NCBI GenBank assembly: GCA_041687695.1 | Contig: JAWLBL010000014.1 | Location: forward strand, 140,955-204,954 | Reading direction: 5' to 3' | Length of the DNA stretch: 64,000 nucleotides | Source of the DNA: Myxococcota bacterium | Lineage (GTDB): Bacteria > Myxococcota_A > UBA9042 > PHBI01 > JAWLBL01 | In this document: positions 40,302 to 51,933 of the stretch, piece after piece | Layout of the letters: each line of letters starts with the position of its first letter | Position numbering within the stretch: the first letter of the stretch is position 1 | Position numbers and translations under genes: made by a program | The notes under the pieces: generated by a model | The model's input: the letters and a program-made list of their open reading frames with translations, nothing else | Database searches by the model: none | Told to the model about the DNA's origin: nothing

Positions 40302-41504
40302 TCAGGCGCGCAGCAGGCCGGCCACGGCGGCGGCGAGCGCCTCCATCTGGGCGCGGCTGTTGTAGGCCTGGGCCGAGACGCGCAGGACCCGCTGGCGGCC
40401 CGAGGGCCAGCGGGTCACGGGGACCTCGATGGCGTGCTCGGCGAGCAGGCGGTCCTGCAGCGGGTCGTTGGGCAGGGGGCCGTCGGGGGCGCCCGCGTCG
40501 GCTGGCAGCGGGAGCGAGGCCATCGCCCCGAGCATCGCGTCGGGCGCGGGCGGGCGCAGCGCGAGCGCCTCGCAGAGCAGGTTGCGCGCGTCCAGCGCCA
40601 GCGCTCGGTTGGCGTGGTAGAGGGCCGGCCAGCCGCCGTCGAGCAGGCCGCCCAGGAAGTCCAGGGCGGCGGGGATGGCCAGGAACGGCGTCGGGTCGGC
40701 GGTGCCGGTCCAGTCCATCTCGAGGTGGAAGCGCGAGGCGCGCGTGGCCGGGGCGGTGGCGCCGTGGCTGGTCACGAGGGGGCGCAGGTCGGCGCGGCGA
40801 TCGGCGCGCACGTGCAGGAAACCGGCGCCCTTGGGGGCGCACAGCCACTTGTGGGCGTTGCCGGTGTAGTAGGCGGCGCCGAGGGCGGCGAGGTCGAGGG
40901 GCCGCTGGCCGGGGGCGTGGGCGCCGTCGACGAGGGTGTCGACGCCGCGCTCGGCCAGCAGCGGCACGAGGCGCTCGACCGGGAGGACCAGGGCCGTGGG
41001 GCTGGTCACGTGGTCGATGAGGGCGAGGCGGGTCTGGGGGCCGACGGCGCCGAGGACGGCGTCGACGACCGCGTCGGGCCCGGAGAGCGGGAACGGGACG
41101 CGCGCGACGACGAGGCGGGCGCCGGCGCGGGCGGCGGCGCGGGCGAGGGCGTTGCGGCAGGCGCCGTAGACGTGGTCGGTCGTGAGCAGCTCGTCGCCGG
41201 GGGCGAGGGGCAGCGAGGCGAGGACCGTGTTGACGCCGGTGGTGGCGTTGGGGACGAAGGCGAGGCCGGCGGGGTCGGCGTTGAGGAAGGCGGCGAGCCG
41301 CTGCCGGGCCGCGTCGAGGAGCCCCTGGTAGTCGCGGTGGAAGAACTGGACCGGCTGGCGCTCGAGGCGGGCGCGGAGCTCGGACTGGGCGGCCAGGACC
41401 GGGATGGGGCAGGCGCCGTAGGAGCCGTGGTTGAGGAAGGTGACGGCCGGGTCGAGCGTCCAGTGGGCCGCGAGGGGGCTGGGCGGCGGCGGGGCGGCGG
41501 GCAT
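40302..41504 (-). CDS. Class V PLP-dependent enzyme (isopenicillin-N-epimerase / C-S lyase-like)
   Basis: [45 protein letters not shown]. Confidence 0.9.
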   Translation of the reverse strand: MPAAPPPPSPLAAHWTLDPAVTFLNHGSYGACPIPVLAAQSELRARLERQPVQFFHRDYQGLLDAARQRLAAFLNADPAGLAFVPNATTGVNTVLASLPLAPGDELLTTDHVYGACRNALARAAARAGARLVVARVPFPLSGPDAVVDAVLGAVGPQTRLALIDHVTSPTALVLPVERLVPLLAERGVDTLVDGAHAPGQRPLDLAALGAAYYTGNAHKWLCAPKGAGFLHVRADRRADLRPLVTSHGATAPATRASRFHLEMDWTGTADPTPFLAIPAALDFLGGLLDGGWPALYHANRALALDARNLLCEALALRPPAPDAMLGAMASLPLPADAGAPDGPLPNDPLQDRLLAEHAIEVPVTRWPSGRQRVLRVSAQAYNSRAQMEALAAAVAGLLRA

Positions 41505-41591
41505 CGGGGCCTCCGGGGCGCGGGTCGGAGCCCGAGCATAGTCGGGGCGGGCGGAGGAGCACGAGGGCGGGGGCGAGGCCGGGGGCATGAC

Positions 41592-41681
41592 GTGGCCGTG
41601 GCGATGGCCGTGACCGGGGCCGGGGCCGGGGCCGGGGCCGGGGCCGTGACAGTGGCCGGGGCCGGGGCCGGGGCCGTAACC
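41592..41681. repeat. Degenerate hexamer array G(G/T)GGCC x15, containing (GGGGCC)5 and (GGGGCC)3
   Basis: In-phase hexamers from 41592 to 41681 in a divergent intergenic region. Confidence 0.9.
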
Positions 41682-41729
41682 ACGGGGTCAGGGATGGGCG
41701 GCGCCGCCCCGTGTGGTATGAGGGAGGCG

Positions 41730-42413
41730 ATGGGCGAGCCCGAAAAGCCGACGGTGGTCTTCCTGCATGGCCTGGGGCGCACGCACCGCTCGATGGCGGG
41801 GCTGCGCAAGGCGGTCGAGCAGGCGGGGTACCGGACCTGGGCCCGGACCTACCCGTCGCGCCGACGGTCCATCGACGACCTGGCCCGCACGGTGGCGGGG
41901 TGGATCGCCGAGGAGCTGCCCGGCGAGCCCCTCGTGGCGGTCACGCACTCGCTGGGCGGCATCCTGGTGCGGCACATGCCCGAGCTGCCCTGGCGCGGCG
42001 TCGTCATGCTGGCCCCGCCGAACGCCGGCAGCCGCGTCGCCCGCGCCCTGCGCGACAACGGCCTGTTCCGCTGGTACTTCGGCCCCGCCGGCCAGCAGGT
42101 CTGCGACGCGACGGCCTGGCCGCTGCCCGAGGGCGTCCCGGTCGCGGTCATCGCCGGCACCGCGGGCGCCACCGTGGGCAACCCGACCAGCTGGCTCTCC
42201 CAGGGCCTCATGCGGCTGCTGCCGCCCGACGAGCCCCACGACGGCACGGTCGCGGTCTGCGAGACCCGCCTGCCCACCGAGATCGCCTTCGCCACCGTCC
42301 CCGCGAGCCACACGTGGATCATGGACCACCCCGAGACCCGCGCGCACGTGCTCGCGCTGCTCGAGACGCTGGATGGCGAGCGCCCGCTCGGCCGCTCGGG
42401 TTCTCAACGATGA
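41730..42413 (+). CDS. Alpha/beta hydrolase (lipase/esterase-like)
   Basis: VFLHGLGR, THSLGG nucleophile elbow, MLAPPNAGS, HDGTV, ASHTWIM. Confidence 0.88.
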   Translation: MGEPEKPTVVFLHGLGRTHRSMAGLRKAVEQAGYRTWARTYPSRRRSIDDLARTVAGWIAEELPGEPLVAVTHSLGGILVRHMPELPWRGVVMLAPPNAGSRVARALRDNGLFRWYFGPAGQQVCDATAWPLPEGVPVAVIAGTAGATVGNPTSWLSQGLMRLLPPDEPHDGTVAVCETRLPTEIAFATVPASHTWIMDHPETRAHVLALLETLDGERPLGRSGSQR

Positions 42414-42517
42414 CGCGGAGTTCGGCTTTGAAAAGCCTTGAACCCACAGGGCGGTCCGGCTAGGGTCCACGCCCTCCCTGCACACCACACGTGCGCCATC
42501 CGAGGGGGTCTACAGTC

Positions 42518-43522
42518 ATGCGCTTCATCGAGACGGCCTCGGCGCCGTCGTTCGCTCGGCTCCGTTCGCGCTACGTCCGCCTCGCCCTCGCCGGCCTCGC
42601 GGCGTCGCTCGCGGTCGGCTGCGGCAACGCCAACTTCGTCCGCAACGACGGCGTGCCCACCTACAAGCGTCTGCCGCCGGGCTACGAGATCAAGGTGGTC
42701 GACACGACGGCCGATCTGCCGCAGCCCAACGCGGTGGTCGGCACGCTGAAGGTGTCCTTCTCGTCGGCCGACGAGCAGCGCGACAAGGCGGCCGCCATCT
42801 TCAAGCAGCACGCGCCGCACTACGGCTGCGACGCGGTCAGCGGCATGACCGTCAAGGCCGAGACCCGCTCGCAGACGGCAGGGGTCCAGAACAAGAAGGA
42901 CGCCAAGCCGATCGTCACGACCGTCTTCCACTGGCAGGGCCAGTGCGTCCGGACGGCCGAGGCGCCCGGAGGGCTCGGCGCCATCGGGCCGGCGACGGTG
43001 GTCCAGCCGACCCCCGCGAACGGCGGCGTCACGCAGCCGCTGACCAACCCGGTGCCCGTGGGGACCGAGGCGCCGGCCGACGCCCCCAAGCCCATCGGCG
43101 GGCGCGCGCAAGAGCTCTGGGGCCGCCTGGGCGTCTACGCGCCGGCCTACCTGCAGAAGTGGCGCGAGCCCCTGTCCAAGCCGGCCACCTCGCACGTCGA
43201 GGTCATCGAGGTGCTGGTCGAGCTGATGGTCCAGGTGACCGGGCCGACGGGCTTTTGGCGCAACACCGTCCCCAACCAGTGGATGGGCTGCCAGAGCGAC
43301 CCCAAGGCCGAGGGCTGCGTCAAGCTGGCCAAGGCCAAGAAGGACCTCGACGCCTGGGACCGGATGTTCCAGCAGATGGGCCAGCTCACGGCCGCCACGG
43401 CCGGGCCTTGGTTGAACGCGAACCACGGCCGCGTCCTCGAGTACCTCGACACGATGGTGCCCGAGACGCCCAGCAGCACGGCCATGATGCAGACGAAGTT
43501 CTTCGAGAAGCACCTCAAGTAG
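42518..43522 (+). CDS. Hypothetical lipoprotein
   Basis: Lipobox AVGC; strong coding codon bias; paired Cys residues; Pro-rich linker between two domains. Confidence 0.8.
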   Translation: MRFIETASAPSFARLRSRYVRLALAGLAASLAVGCGNANFVRNDGVPTYKRLPPGYEIKVVDTTADLPQPNAVVGTLKVSFSSADEQRDKAAAIFKQHAPHYGCDAVSGMTVKAETRSQTAGVQNKKDAKPIVTTVFHWQGQCVRTAEAPGGLGAIGPATVVQPTPANGGVTQPLTNPVPVGTEAPADAPKPIGGRAQELWGRLGVYAPAYLQKWREPLSKPATSHVEVIEVLVELMVQVTGPTGFWRNTVPNQWMGCQSDPKAEGCVKLAKAKKDLDAWDRMFQQMGQLTAATAGPWLNANHGRVLEYLDTMVPETPSSTAMMQTKFFEKHLK

Positions 43523-43585
43523 CGGTAGGCTGGCCCGTACCCTGCCCCCCCCCCGCGCACCGACACCGACCCGACGAGGCTGCCC

Positions 43586-44548
43586 ATGGCGGACGTGAAG
43601 AAGCTCGAGCTGCTCGCCAGCGCCAGCGTCGGCACCCTCGTCGAACGCGCCAGCGACCCCGGGGCCACGCTCCGGGCGCTAGAGGGCAAGCTAGAGGCCG
43701 GCCTGGCCGAGGCCGAGGCCGCCGTGGTGGCCCTGCCCGAGCGGCTCGAGGCGCTCGAGGCGCGGCTCGAGGCCGAGCGGACCACGGCCGCCAAGTGCGA
43801 CGCGATCGTCGCCAAGAGCGAGGCGGACGGCCGGCCCGAGCTGGCGCGCGCCGCCCAGGAGCGCAAGGCGCGGGCCCTCGAGGCCGCGAGCGCCGTCGAG
43901 CGCGACATCGCCGAGGCGCAGAGCGACGGCGGTCGGCTCGACGCCCTGCTTCCCGCCCTCGAGGAGCGCCTGGAGGACGTCCGCGCGCGCCTGGCCGAGC
44001 TGCCGACGGCGCCAGCAACGGACCTGGACGCTGGCCCGGCGGGACTCACGGCCACCTACCAAGGGCGCGACGTCTCGGGTGTGTCGAACGCGCGACCGTC
44101 CCCCGCGCCCGAGCCCGAGGGAGCCGGCGCAGGCGGCGATGACGGCGACGACGCCGACTGGGAAAACGAGCTGGCGGCCCTGATGTCCAGCATGGGGGTC
44201 GCGCCCACGCCCAGCGCGCCCAGCGCCGGCGAGGACGAGGACGACGACCCGATGGCCGGCATCCCGAGCCTGGTCGAGGTCCCCGAGGACGCCCTGCCCG
44301 AGGGCGAGGAGCTGCCTCCCGAGCCGAAGGCCGCCCCGGCCGCGCCCGCCAAGGCCCAGGCGCCCGCCGTCGTGCAGGGCAAGGGCCCGCAGCCCCCGGC
44401 CCCCGCCGGAAAGGGTGCGGCGCCCGCCGCCAAGGCCGCGGCCAAGCCGCCCGCCGAACGCAAGGGGGGCGGCGCCGGCCTCTGGGTGACCCTCGCGCTG
44501 CTCGCCGCGGCCGCCGCCGCCGTCTGGTGGTTCCTGCTCCGGACCTGA
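43586..44548 (+). CDS. PspA/IM30-like coiled-coil protein with acidic/Pro-rich linker and C-terminal TM helix
   Basis: LVERASDPGATL resembles the PspA LLDKAEDP segment; GRPELARAA resembles G.EDLAREAL; C-terminal LWVTLALLAAAAAAVWWFLL. Confidence 0.55.
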   Translation: MADVKKLELLASASVGTLVERASDPGATLRALEGKLEAGLAEAEAAVVALPERLEALEARLEAERTTAAKCDAIVAKSEADGRPELARAAQERKARALEAASAVERDIAEAQSDGGRLDALLPALEERLEDVRARLAELPTAPATDLDAGPAGLTATYQGRDVSGVSNARPSPAPEPEGAGAGGDDGDDADWENELAALMSSMGVAPTPSAPSAGEDEDDDPMAGIPSLVEVPEDALPEGEELPPEPKAAPAAPAKAQAPAVVQGKGPQPPAPAGKGAAPAAKAAAKPPAERKGGGAGLWVTLALLAAAAAAVWWFLLRT

Positions 44549-44707
44549 GCTCCGGTCGCGGCACGCGCCCGATCCCAGGCCGCGGGCTCAGGCGCCCCGG
44601 CGGGCGCTTCGAACCCCCGTCGTTACGGCAGCCTCCGACGCGACCCGCACCGCGACTTGGGCCCCCGGCCCGGCCGTGCGAGCGTCGCCGAATCCCGGAG
44701 GCCTCCC

Positions 44708-45532
44708 ATGACCGATCTGCCGCCCTCGCCGCCCGCGCCGTTCGTCTCGCCGCCGCTCCGCGTCACCGCCGACACCTGGGTGCTGCCGACCTGGATCCCC
44801 ATCCCGACCTTCGGCTGGCTGCCCTCCAACGCCTTCCTGGTGCGCGCCGCCGAGCCCGTGTTGGTCGACACGGGCCTGTTCGCGACCTGCGACGCGTTCG
44901 TCGACGCGCTCGAGCGCATCATCGAGCCTCCGGATCTACGCTGGATCTTCCTCACCCACGTCGACCCCGACCACATCGGCGCCCTCGACGCCCTGCTCGC
45001 CCGCGCGCCCCGCGCCCGGGTCGTCACCACCTTCCTGGGCCTCGCCAAGCTCAACCTGCGCCACCCCTACCCGCCCGATCGCGTGCGCCTGATGAACCCG
45101 GGCGAGACGCTCGACCTCGGCGATCGGGTGATGCACGCGCTGCAGCCGCCCACCTTCGACGCCCCCGAGACGACCGCCCTGTTCGACCGCAGCTCGCGCG
45201 CCCTGTTCAGCTCCGACTGCTTCGGCGGCGCCGTCCCCCAGCCGGTCGACTCGGCCTACGACATCCCGCCGGACACCCTCCGCGCCGGCATGCACCGCTG
45301 GGCGGTCGTGGACGCACCCTGGGTCCGCTGGCTGACCGCCGAGGCCCTGGCCGAGCGCCTCAAGCCCATCGCCGAGATGGAGCCCGCGCTGGTCCTCAGC
45401 ACACACCTGCCCCCGGCGCGCGGCCTGAACCAGGCCCTGCTCGACAACCTGGCCGCGGCGCGCGAGGCCCCCGCCTGGATGGGCCCCGACCAGGCCGCCT
45501 TCGAGGCCATGACGGCCGGGGCGCCCAGCTGA
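44708..45532 (+). CDS. MBL-fold protein (FprA/ODP di-iron-like)
   Basis: NAFLV..PVLVDTG, LRWIFLTHVDPDHIG, LFSSDCFG, VLSTH. Confidence 0.8.
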   Translation: MTDLPPSPPAPFVSPPLRVTADTWVLPTWIPIPTFGWLPSNAFLVRAAEPVLVDTGLFATCDAFVDALERIIEPPDLRWIFLTHVDPDHIGALDALLARAPRARVVTTFLGLAKLNLRHPYPPDRVRLMNPGETLDLGDRVMHALQPPTFDAPETTALFDRSSRALFSSDCFGGAVPQPVDSAYDIPPDTLRAGMHRWAVVDAPWVRWLTAEALAERLKPIAEMEPALVLSTHLPPARGLNQALLDNLAAAREAPAWMGPDQAAFEAMTAGAPS

Positions 45533-45540
45533 CACGCGCT

Positions 45541-46314
45541 TCAGGCGTAGGCCGCCGCCCCGGGTGAGCCGCCCGGCCGCACCGCGAACTCGCCGACCAT
45601 GTCCATCAGGGCCAGCGCGTTGAGCGGCGCCCGCGTGTTCACGTCGTTGTTGAAGTAGACGTAGGCGTCGACCCCGCGCCGGGCGACCGCCCGCAGGTGC
45701 CGCGCCCACGGCCGCAGCTCGTCCCGGGTGTAGTCGTGGGCGACGCCGCCCTCGAGGCCGTGGAAGCGGACGTAGGTGAAGTCGGTGGTCACGGTCAGGT
45801 CGCGCGGGAACCAGGCCGCGCTCAGCGAGACGGGCGCGACGCGGTGGCGCGCCAGCAGCGCGAAGACCTCGGCGTCGAGCCAGCTGGTGTGGCGGAACTC
45901 GACGGCGTGGCGCCGGCTCCGGGGCAGTCGCTTCAGGAAGTCCGCCAGGCGGGCGTCGTCGCGCGCGAAGCCGGCTGGCAGCTGCCACAAGAGCGGCCCC
46001 ATGTGGCGGCCCAGGCCCCGCGCGCGCTCGAGCAGCAGATCGAAGGACTTCGCGCCCGGCTTCAGCTTGAAGTAGTGCGTGACGGTCCTGCTGCCCTTGA
46101 CCGCGTAGACGAAGCCCGGCGGGGCCTGCGCCCGCCACCCGGCGACGGCGGCCTCGGTCGGCAGCCGGTAGAAGGTGGCGTTGATCTCGACCGTGGGGAA
46201 GCGCCCGGCGTAGTAGCCGAAGTGCCGTCGGGCCGGCAGCTCCGATGGGTAGAAGCTGGCCACCCAGGCCTTGTAGACCCAGCCGCTGGTGCCGACGTAG
46301 ACGCGTCCAGCCAT
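45541..46314 (-). CDS. DUF72 (YecE-like) protein
   Basis: VGTSGW.Y..W..FYP, VEINATFYR, LWQLP, AVEFRH.SW, YVRFHG, YVYFNND. Confidence 0.93.
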   Translation of the reverse strand: MAGRVYVGTSGWVYKAWVASFYPSELPARRHFGYYAGRFPTVEINATFYRLPTEAAVAGWRAQAPPGFVYAVKGSRTVTHYFKLKPGAKSFDLLLERARGLGRHMGPLLWQLPAGFARDDARLADFLKRLPRSRRHAVEFRHTSWLDAEVFALLARHRVAPVSLSAAWFPRDLTVTTDFTYVRFHGLEGGVAHDYTRDELRPWARHLRAVARRGVDAYVYFNNDVNTRAPLNALALMDMVGEFAVRPGGSPGAAAYA

Positions 46315-46327
46315 CGGCCGCTCCCGC

Positions 46328-47116
46328 CTACAGGAGCCGCGCCGCTTCGCGGTCGACCAGGACGGTCACGTCGTCGTGCAGGTGCAGGAGCGACGCCGGG
46401 AAGGACTCGGCCACGGGACCGTGGCGCAGCCGCGCGACCGCCTCGGCCTTCGAGGCGCCGCTCGCGAGCAGGACGATGGACTTCGACGCGAGGATGGTCG
46501 CCAGGCCCATCGTGATGGCCCACTCGGGGACGTCGCCGTTGCCGAAGTACTGGGCGTTGGCGCGGCGCGTCTCGTCGTCCAGGCGGACCACGCGCGTCCG
46601 CGAGTCGAAGGGCGACCCTGGCTCGTTGAACGCGATGTGCCCGTTGCGCCCGAGCCCCAACACGGTCAGGTCCAGGCCACCCGCGTCGGCGATGGCGCGC
46701 TCGTAGCGCTCGCACTCGCGCTCGAGCGCCTGGTGCATCGGCAGATCCGGCTCGTCCGCCAGCACGTCCTCGGCCAGGCCGTCGGGGATGAAGATGTCGC
46801 CCTCGAAGAGGCCGACGTGGTCGAACAGCCGCTGCTGCATGTAGCGGGCGTAGCTCCCCGGGTGGTCCGGCTTGAGCCCCACGTACTCGTCCAGGTTGAA
46901 GGTCTTGACGCCGTCGAAGCAGCGCTCCTGCCCGACGCAGTGCTGCACGAGGTGCGCGTACATCCCTTCGGGCGTGCGCCCCGTCGGCAGGCCGAGCACC
47001 AGCCGTGGCTGGTGGATGATCGCGCCCAGGACGCGCTCGGCCGCGCGCTCGCTGAGCGCATCGTAGCCGCTCACCGTCTCCCAACGGAGCGGGCTCTGGC
47101 GCTGTCGCAGTCTCAT
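46328..47116 (-). CDS. nagB: Glucosamine-6-phosphate deaminase
   Basis: LGLPTGRTP, TFNLDEYVGL, LGLGRNGHIAFNEPG, AITMG, PASLL. Confidence 0.96.
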   Translation of the reverse strand: MRLRQRQSPLRWETVSGYDALSERAAERVLGAIIHQPRLVLGLPTGRTPEGMYAHLVQHCVGQERCFDGVKTFNLDEYVGLKPDHPGSYARYMQQRLFDHVGLFEGDIFIPDGLAEDVLADEPDLPMHQALERECERYERAIADAGGLDLTVLGLGRNGHIAFNEPGSPFDSRTRVVRLDDETRRANAQYFGNGDVPEWAITMGLATILASKSIVLLASGASKAEAVARLRHGPVAESFPASLLHLHDDVTVLVDREAARLL

Positions 47117-48260
47117 CGGTCCCTCACCTCCTCGCCGCGGGCGATGACGCGCGCGACCGACAGATCGTCGCCAAGGACGACCAGGTCGGCGTCGAAGCCC
47201 GCTGCGATCCGTGCCTTGCGGCCCTCGAGCCCCAGCAGCCTCGCGGGCACCGCCGTCGCCAGCGGCACCACCTCGGCCAGCGGGACGTCGGCGGCCTCGA
47301 CCATGGTGCGGACGGCGCCCGCCATGGTCAGGACGCTGCCGGCCAGGGTCCCGTCGGGCAGGCGCGCGGCGCCCCCACGGACGTGGACCTCGTGCTTGTG
47401 CAGCGCGTAGACGCCGTCGGGCATGCCGCAGGCCCGCATGGCGTCGGTGACCAGCGCGACCCGCCCCGGCATCGCGGCGTGCGCGATGCGCAGGACCGCC
47501 GGGTGCACGTGCACCCCGTCGGCGATGAGCTCGGCCGTGGCCGCGCGGTGCGCCATCGCGGCGCCCACGGCGCCCGGCTCGCGGTGGCCCAGGGGGGTCA
47601 TCGCGTTGAACAGATGCGTGAAGTGCCGCGCGCCGCGCGCGAGGGCCTCGGTCGCCAGCGCGAAGTCGGCGGTCGTGTGGCCGATGGAGAAGGTCACACG
47701 CGCCGCGAAGCGCTCGAGCAGCGCCAGGACGCCCTCGACCTCGGGCGCGACCGTCATCATCCAGGCCAGCTCCGGCGCGCCCTCGAGCCAGCCCGCCAGC
47801 TCGGCGGGGTCGGCCGGGCGCAGCGAGGCCCTGTCCTGGGCGCCCGCGCGGGCCGGGTTCACGTAGGGGCCCTCGAGGTGGACGGCCGCGATCTCGGCCT
47901 CGCCGGGCCGCCCCTGCCGCCAGGTGCGCGCGATGGCGTCGATGGCCCGGGCCACGTCCTCGCGGGCGCCCGAGAGCGTCGTCGCGGCCAGCGCCGTCGT
48001 CCCGTGGCGCGCGTGTTCGGTCAGCACCCGCCGCACGGCGTCCTCGGTGCCGTCCATGAAGTCGGCGCCGCCGGCCCCGTGGACGTGCACGTCGATGAAG
48101 CCGGGGACCATCGCGCCCGGCACCCGCTCGCCGCGCGACCCCGCTCCCGGGCGCACCTCGGCGATGCGCGTCCCCGCGAGGCGGACCTCGACGTCGTCGA
48201 CGAAGCCCCCGTCCAGGAAGGCCCGGCCGCGGAAGGTCCGGCCGCCGGTGTCCGAGGCGC

Positions 48261-48264
<4 letters not shown>
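47113..48264 (-). CDS. nagA: N-acetylglucosamine-6-phosphate deacetylase
   Basis: PGFIDVHVHG, HLEGPY, TVAPE, SIGHT, THLFNAM, IADGVHVHP, LVTDAM, LAGS. Confidence 0.96.
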
Positions 48265-49493
<1,229 letters not shown>

Positions 49494-49518
49494 CCGAACC
49501 TCCCCCGCGCGTTCGCGG

Positions 49519-50406
49519 TCACGCCTGGCCGAGCACGGCCCGCAGGCGGCCGCCGTGGGCCGCGAGCAGCTCGCGCGCGGCCACGGCCGACACGCCCTTG
49601 GCGGCGACGACGACGGCCACCTTGGCCACGTGGTCGGCCTCCTCCACCGCCTGCTCGGCGACGTAGGTCGGCACCCCCGCCGCCAACTCGACCATGCGCA
49701 CCGTGCGCCGCCGCAGCTTGGCGTTGGTGGCCGGCATGTCGATCATCAGGTTCGAGTACACCCGCCCGAGCCGCACCATGGCGGCCGTCGACAGGGTGTT
49801 GAGCACCATCTTCTGGGCGGTGCCTGCCTTCATGCGGGTCGAGCCCATCACCACCTCGGGGCCCGTCTCGACGACGATGGCGATCTCGGCCGCCTCGGCC
49901 AGCGGCGAGCCCGGCGCCGACGTCACGGCGACGGTCGGGCAGCCCAGCTCGCGCGCCTCGCGCACGGCGGCCACGGTGAAGGGCGTGGTCCCGGAGGCGG
50001 CGATGCCCACCACCGCGTCCCCGGGGCGCACGCGCGCCCGCACCTGCGTCGCGCCGTCCTCGGCGTCGTCCTCGGCGCCCTCGGCGGCGGCCAGGAAGGC
50101 CCCCGCGCCGCCGGCCATGATGACCTGCACCCGATCGTGCGGCACGCCGTAGGTCGGCGGCACCTCGGCCGCGTCCAGCATGGCGATGCGGCCGCTGGTC
50201 CCGGCGCCCACGTAGAACAGCCGCCCCGACCGCCGCAGCGTCTCGACGATGGCCTCGACCGCCTCGGTGATGGCGGGACGCGCCGCCGCGACCGCCTGCG
50301 CGACCGTGGCGTCCTGCTCGCCGATGAGGCGCACGACCTCGTCCGTCGACGCCCGATCGATGTCGAGGCTCGCCTCGAGCCGGTCTCGGTCCATGCCGTC
50401 CTCCAT
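49519..50406 (-). CDS. murQ: N-acetylmuramic acid 6-phosphate etherase
   Basis: YVGAGTSGR, DAAEVPPTYG, EGAED, GIAASGTTP, TGPEVVMGSTRMKAGTAQKMVLN, NAKL. Confidence 0.96.
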   Translation of the reverse strand: MEDGMDRDRLEASLDIDRASTDEVVRLIGEQDATVAQAVAAARPAITEAVEAIVETLRRSGRLFYVGAGTSGRIAMLDAAEVPPTYGVPHDRVQVIMAGGAGAFLAAAEGAEDDAEDGATQVRARVRPGDAVVGIAASGTTPFTVAAVREARELGCPTVAVTSAPGSPLAEAAEIAIVVETGPEVVMGSTRMKAGTAQKMVLNTLSTAAMVRLGRVYSNLMIDMPATNAKLRRRTVRMVELAAGVPTYVAEQAVEEADHVAKVAVVVAAKGVSAVAARELLAAHGGRLRAVLGQA

Positions 50407-50608
50407 CGCTGCGGTCGGGCCCCGGGTTCACGCGCCGGGCCTGCGACAGATCATAAGCCCCGATGCGCGCAGGCCACAGTTTGGCGTCGTCGCCCACCCC
50501 GCGCCCCCACGAGGCAGGGGTGTCGAGGGGCCCGCGCGGCCGTCGCGCCGGGTCGGAGCGCCCGCGAGCCGTGTCTAAGGTGTCGGGGCACCGGGGAGCC
50601 AGGAGGGA

Positions 50609-51802
50609 ATGATGCACCGCAACAAATCGACGACGCCCATGGGGCGGACCACCGCGCCGCCGCAGCGCCCGGGCGCGCGACCGCGACGCCGCCGATCCCG
50701 CGCTGGGCTGGCCTGGTCGTTGGGCGGGCTGATCGCGCTGACCGGGTCGCCTGCTTGGGCACAGCAGGCCGGCGAGTCCAGCCCTCCCGATCCGGCGCGG
50801 ATCGAGCGCCCGCAAGCGCCGCCGCTGGCGGAGCAGCTGCCCGGCGCGGACGCGAAGTACTACCCGGGGGCGCTGCGGATGGCCCCTCGCTGGCCCGACG
50901 ACGTGCCGCGCGAACCGATGATGCTCTTCCGCGAGGCGCCGCGCCGCGAGATCGCCTCGGCCCAGATCTGGCTCGCGCGGACGAAGTTCAAGCCGGGCGT
51001 CATCGACGGACGGATGGGCTCGAACACGCGCCACGCGCTCGAGGCCTTCCAGCAGGAGCACGAGCTCGAGGTGACCGGCGAATTCGATGAGGAGACCCGC
51101 GCGAGACTCGCCGAAGCCGCGGGCGCCGACGGCCGGCCCGACCTCATCCCCTACGAGGTCACCGAGGACGACGTCGACGGGCCGTTCTCGGAGCTGCCCG
51201 GCGACCTCTACATGGCGCACGAGCTGGAGTGCATGTGCTACACGGGGCCGCTCGAGCTCCTCGCCGAGAAGGCGCAGACGACCGAGGAGCTGGTGCGGCG
51301 GCTCAACCCGGGCGTGGACTGGGACAGCCTCGAGGCCGGGACGCTGCTGGTCCTGCCCGATCCCGTCGCCGCCCGCAAGATCGAGGGCCAGGCGACGCGC
51401 ATCGAGGTCGACACCGAGCGCCTGACGCTGCGGGCCTACGACGCGGAGGGGAACCTGCTCGTGCAGTATCCCACCGTGGTCGGCGAGGACTTCGCGGACT
51501 ACGAGGGCGGCATGAGCGTCGAGGGGCTGGCGGTCGACGGCGGCTACCGGCTCGACCCCGAGATGTTCGAGTCCATCCCGGACGACAAGGAGGTCGTCTT
51601 CCTGCCCCCGGGGCCGAACCTGCCGACCGGCAACGTCTGGATCGAGCTGTCGGGTGACGGCTTCGGCATCCACGGCACCTCGTCGCCGAGCACCATCGGC
51701 CACACGGTCAGCCACGGCTGTGTGCGCCTGACGAACTGGCACGCGGCCGAGCTGCTGCAGCTCGTCGAGCCCGGCCGCACCGAGGTCGAGTTCAAACGCT
51801 AG
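50609..51802 (+). CDS. L,D-transpeptidase (YkuD) with peptidoglycan-binding domain
   Basis: Signal peptide; IDGRMGSNTRHALEAFQ (PG_binding_1), PPGPNLPTG, GIHGT..IGHTVSHGCVRLTN. Confidence 0.92.
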   Translation: MMHRNKSTTPMGRTTAPPQRPGARPRRRRSRAGLAWSLGGLIALTGSPAWAQQAGESSPPDPARIERPQAPPLAEQLPGADAKYYPGALRMAPRWPDDVPREPMMLFREAPRREIASAQIWLARTKFKPGVIDGRMGSNTRHALEAFQQEHELEVTGEFDEETRARLAEAAGADGRPDLIPYEVTEDDVDGPFSELPGDLYMAHELECMCYTGPLELLAEKAQTTEELVRRLNPGVDWDSLEAGTLLVLPDPVAARKIEGQATRIEVDTERLTLRAYDAEGNLLVQYPTVVGEDFADYEGGMSVEGLAVDGGYRLDPEMFESIPDDKEVVFLPPGPNLPTGNVWIELSGDGFGIHGTSSPSTIGHTVSHGCVRLTNWHAAELLQLVEPGRTEVEFKR

Positions 51803-51809
51803 AGCTTGG

Positions 51810-51852
51810 GAGCCACGGCCACGGCCTCGGCTGCGGCCACGGCTCCGGCCTC
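51810..51852. repeat. Short degenerate hexamer array (GTGGCC family, minus orientation)
   Basis: gagccacggccacggcctcggctgcggccacggctccggcctc, just after the L,D-transpeptidase stop. Confidence 0.6.
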
Positions 51853-51933
51853 TCCGACAACCGTCGGCTGGCCGGCCGGCGGCGGGCTGGTGTAGGGTCC
51901 ACGCCGCGACGCACTCCCGCGCGCGACGACCCG

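Noticed and set aside
40302..41504. Beta-lactam or ergothioneine biosynthesis cluster implied by the CefD/EgtE-like gene
   Set aside because: No other pathway genes are in the window; stand-alone homologues are widespread.
43545..43554. C10 homopolymer (also G9 at 61251-61259) as a phase-variation switch
   Set aside because: Intergenic, with no evident promoter elements around it; unremarkable at this GC content and possibly a sequencing artefact.
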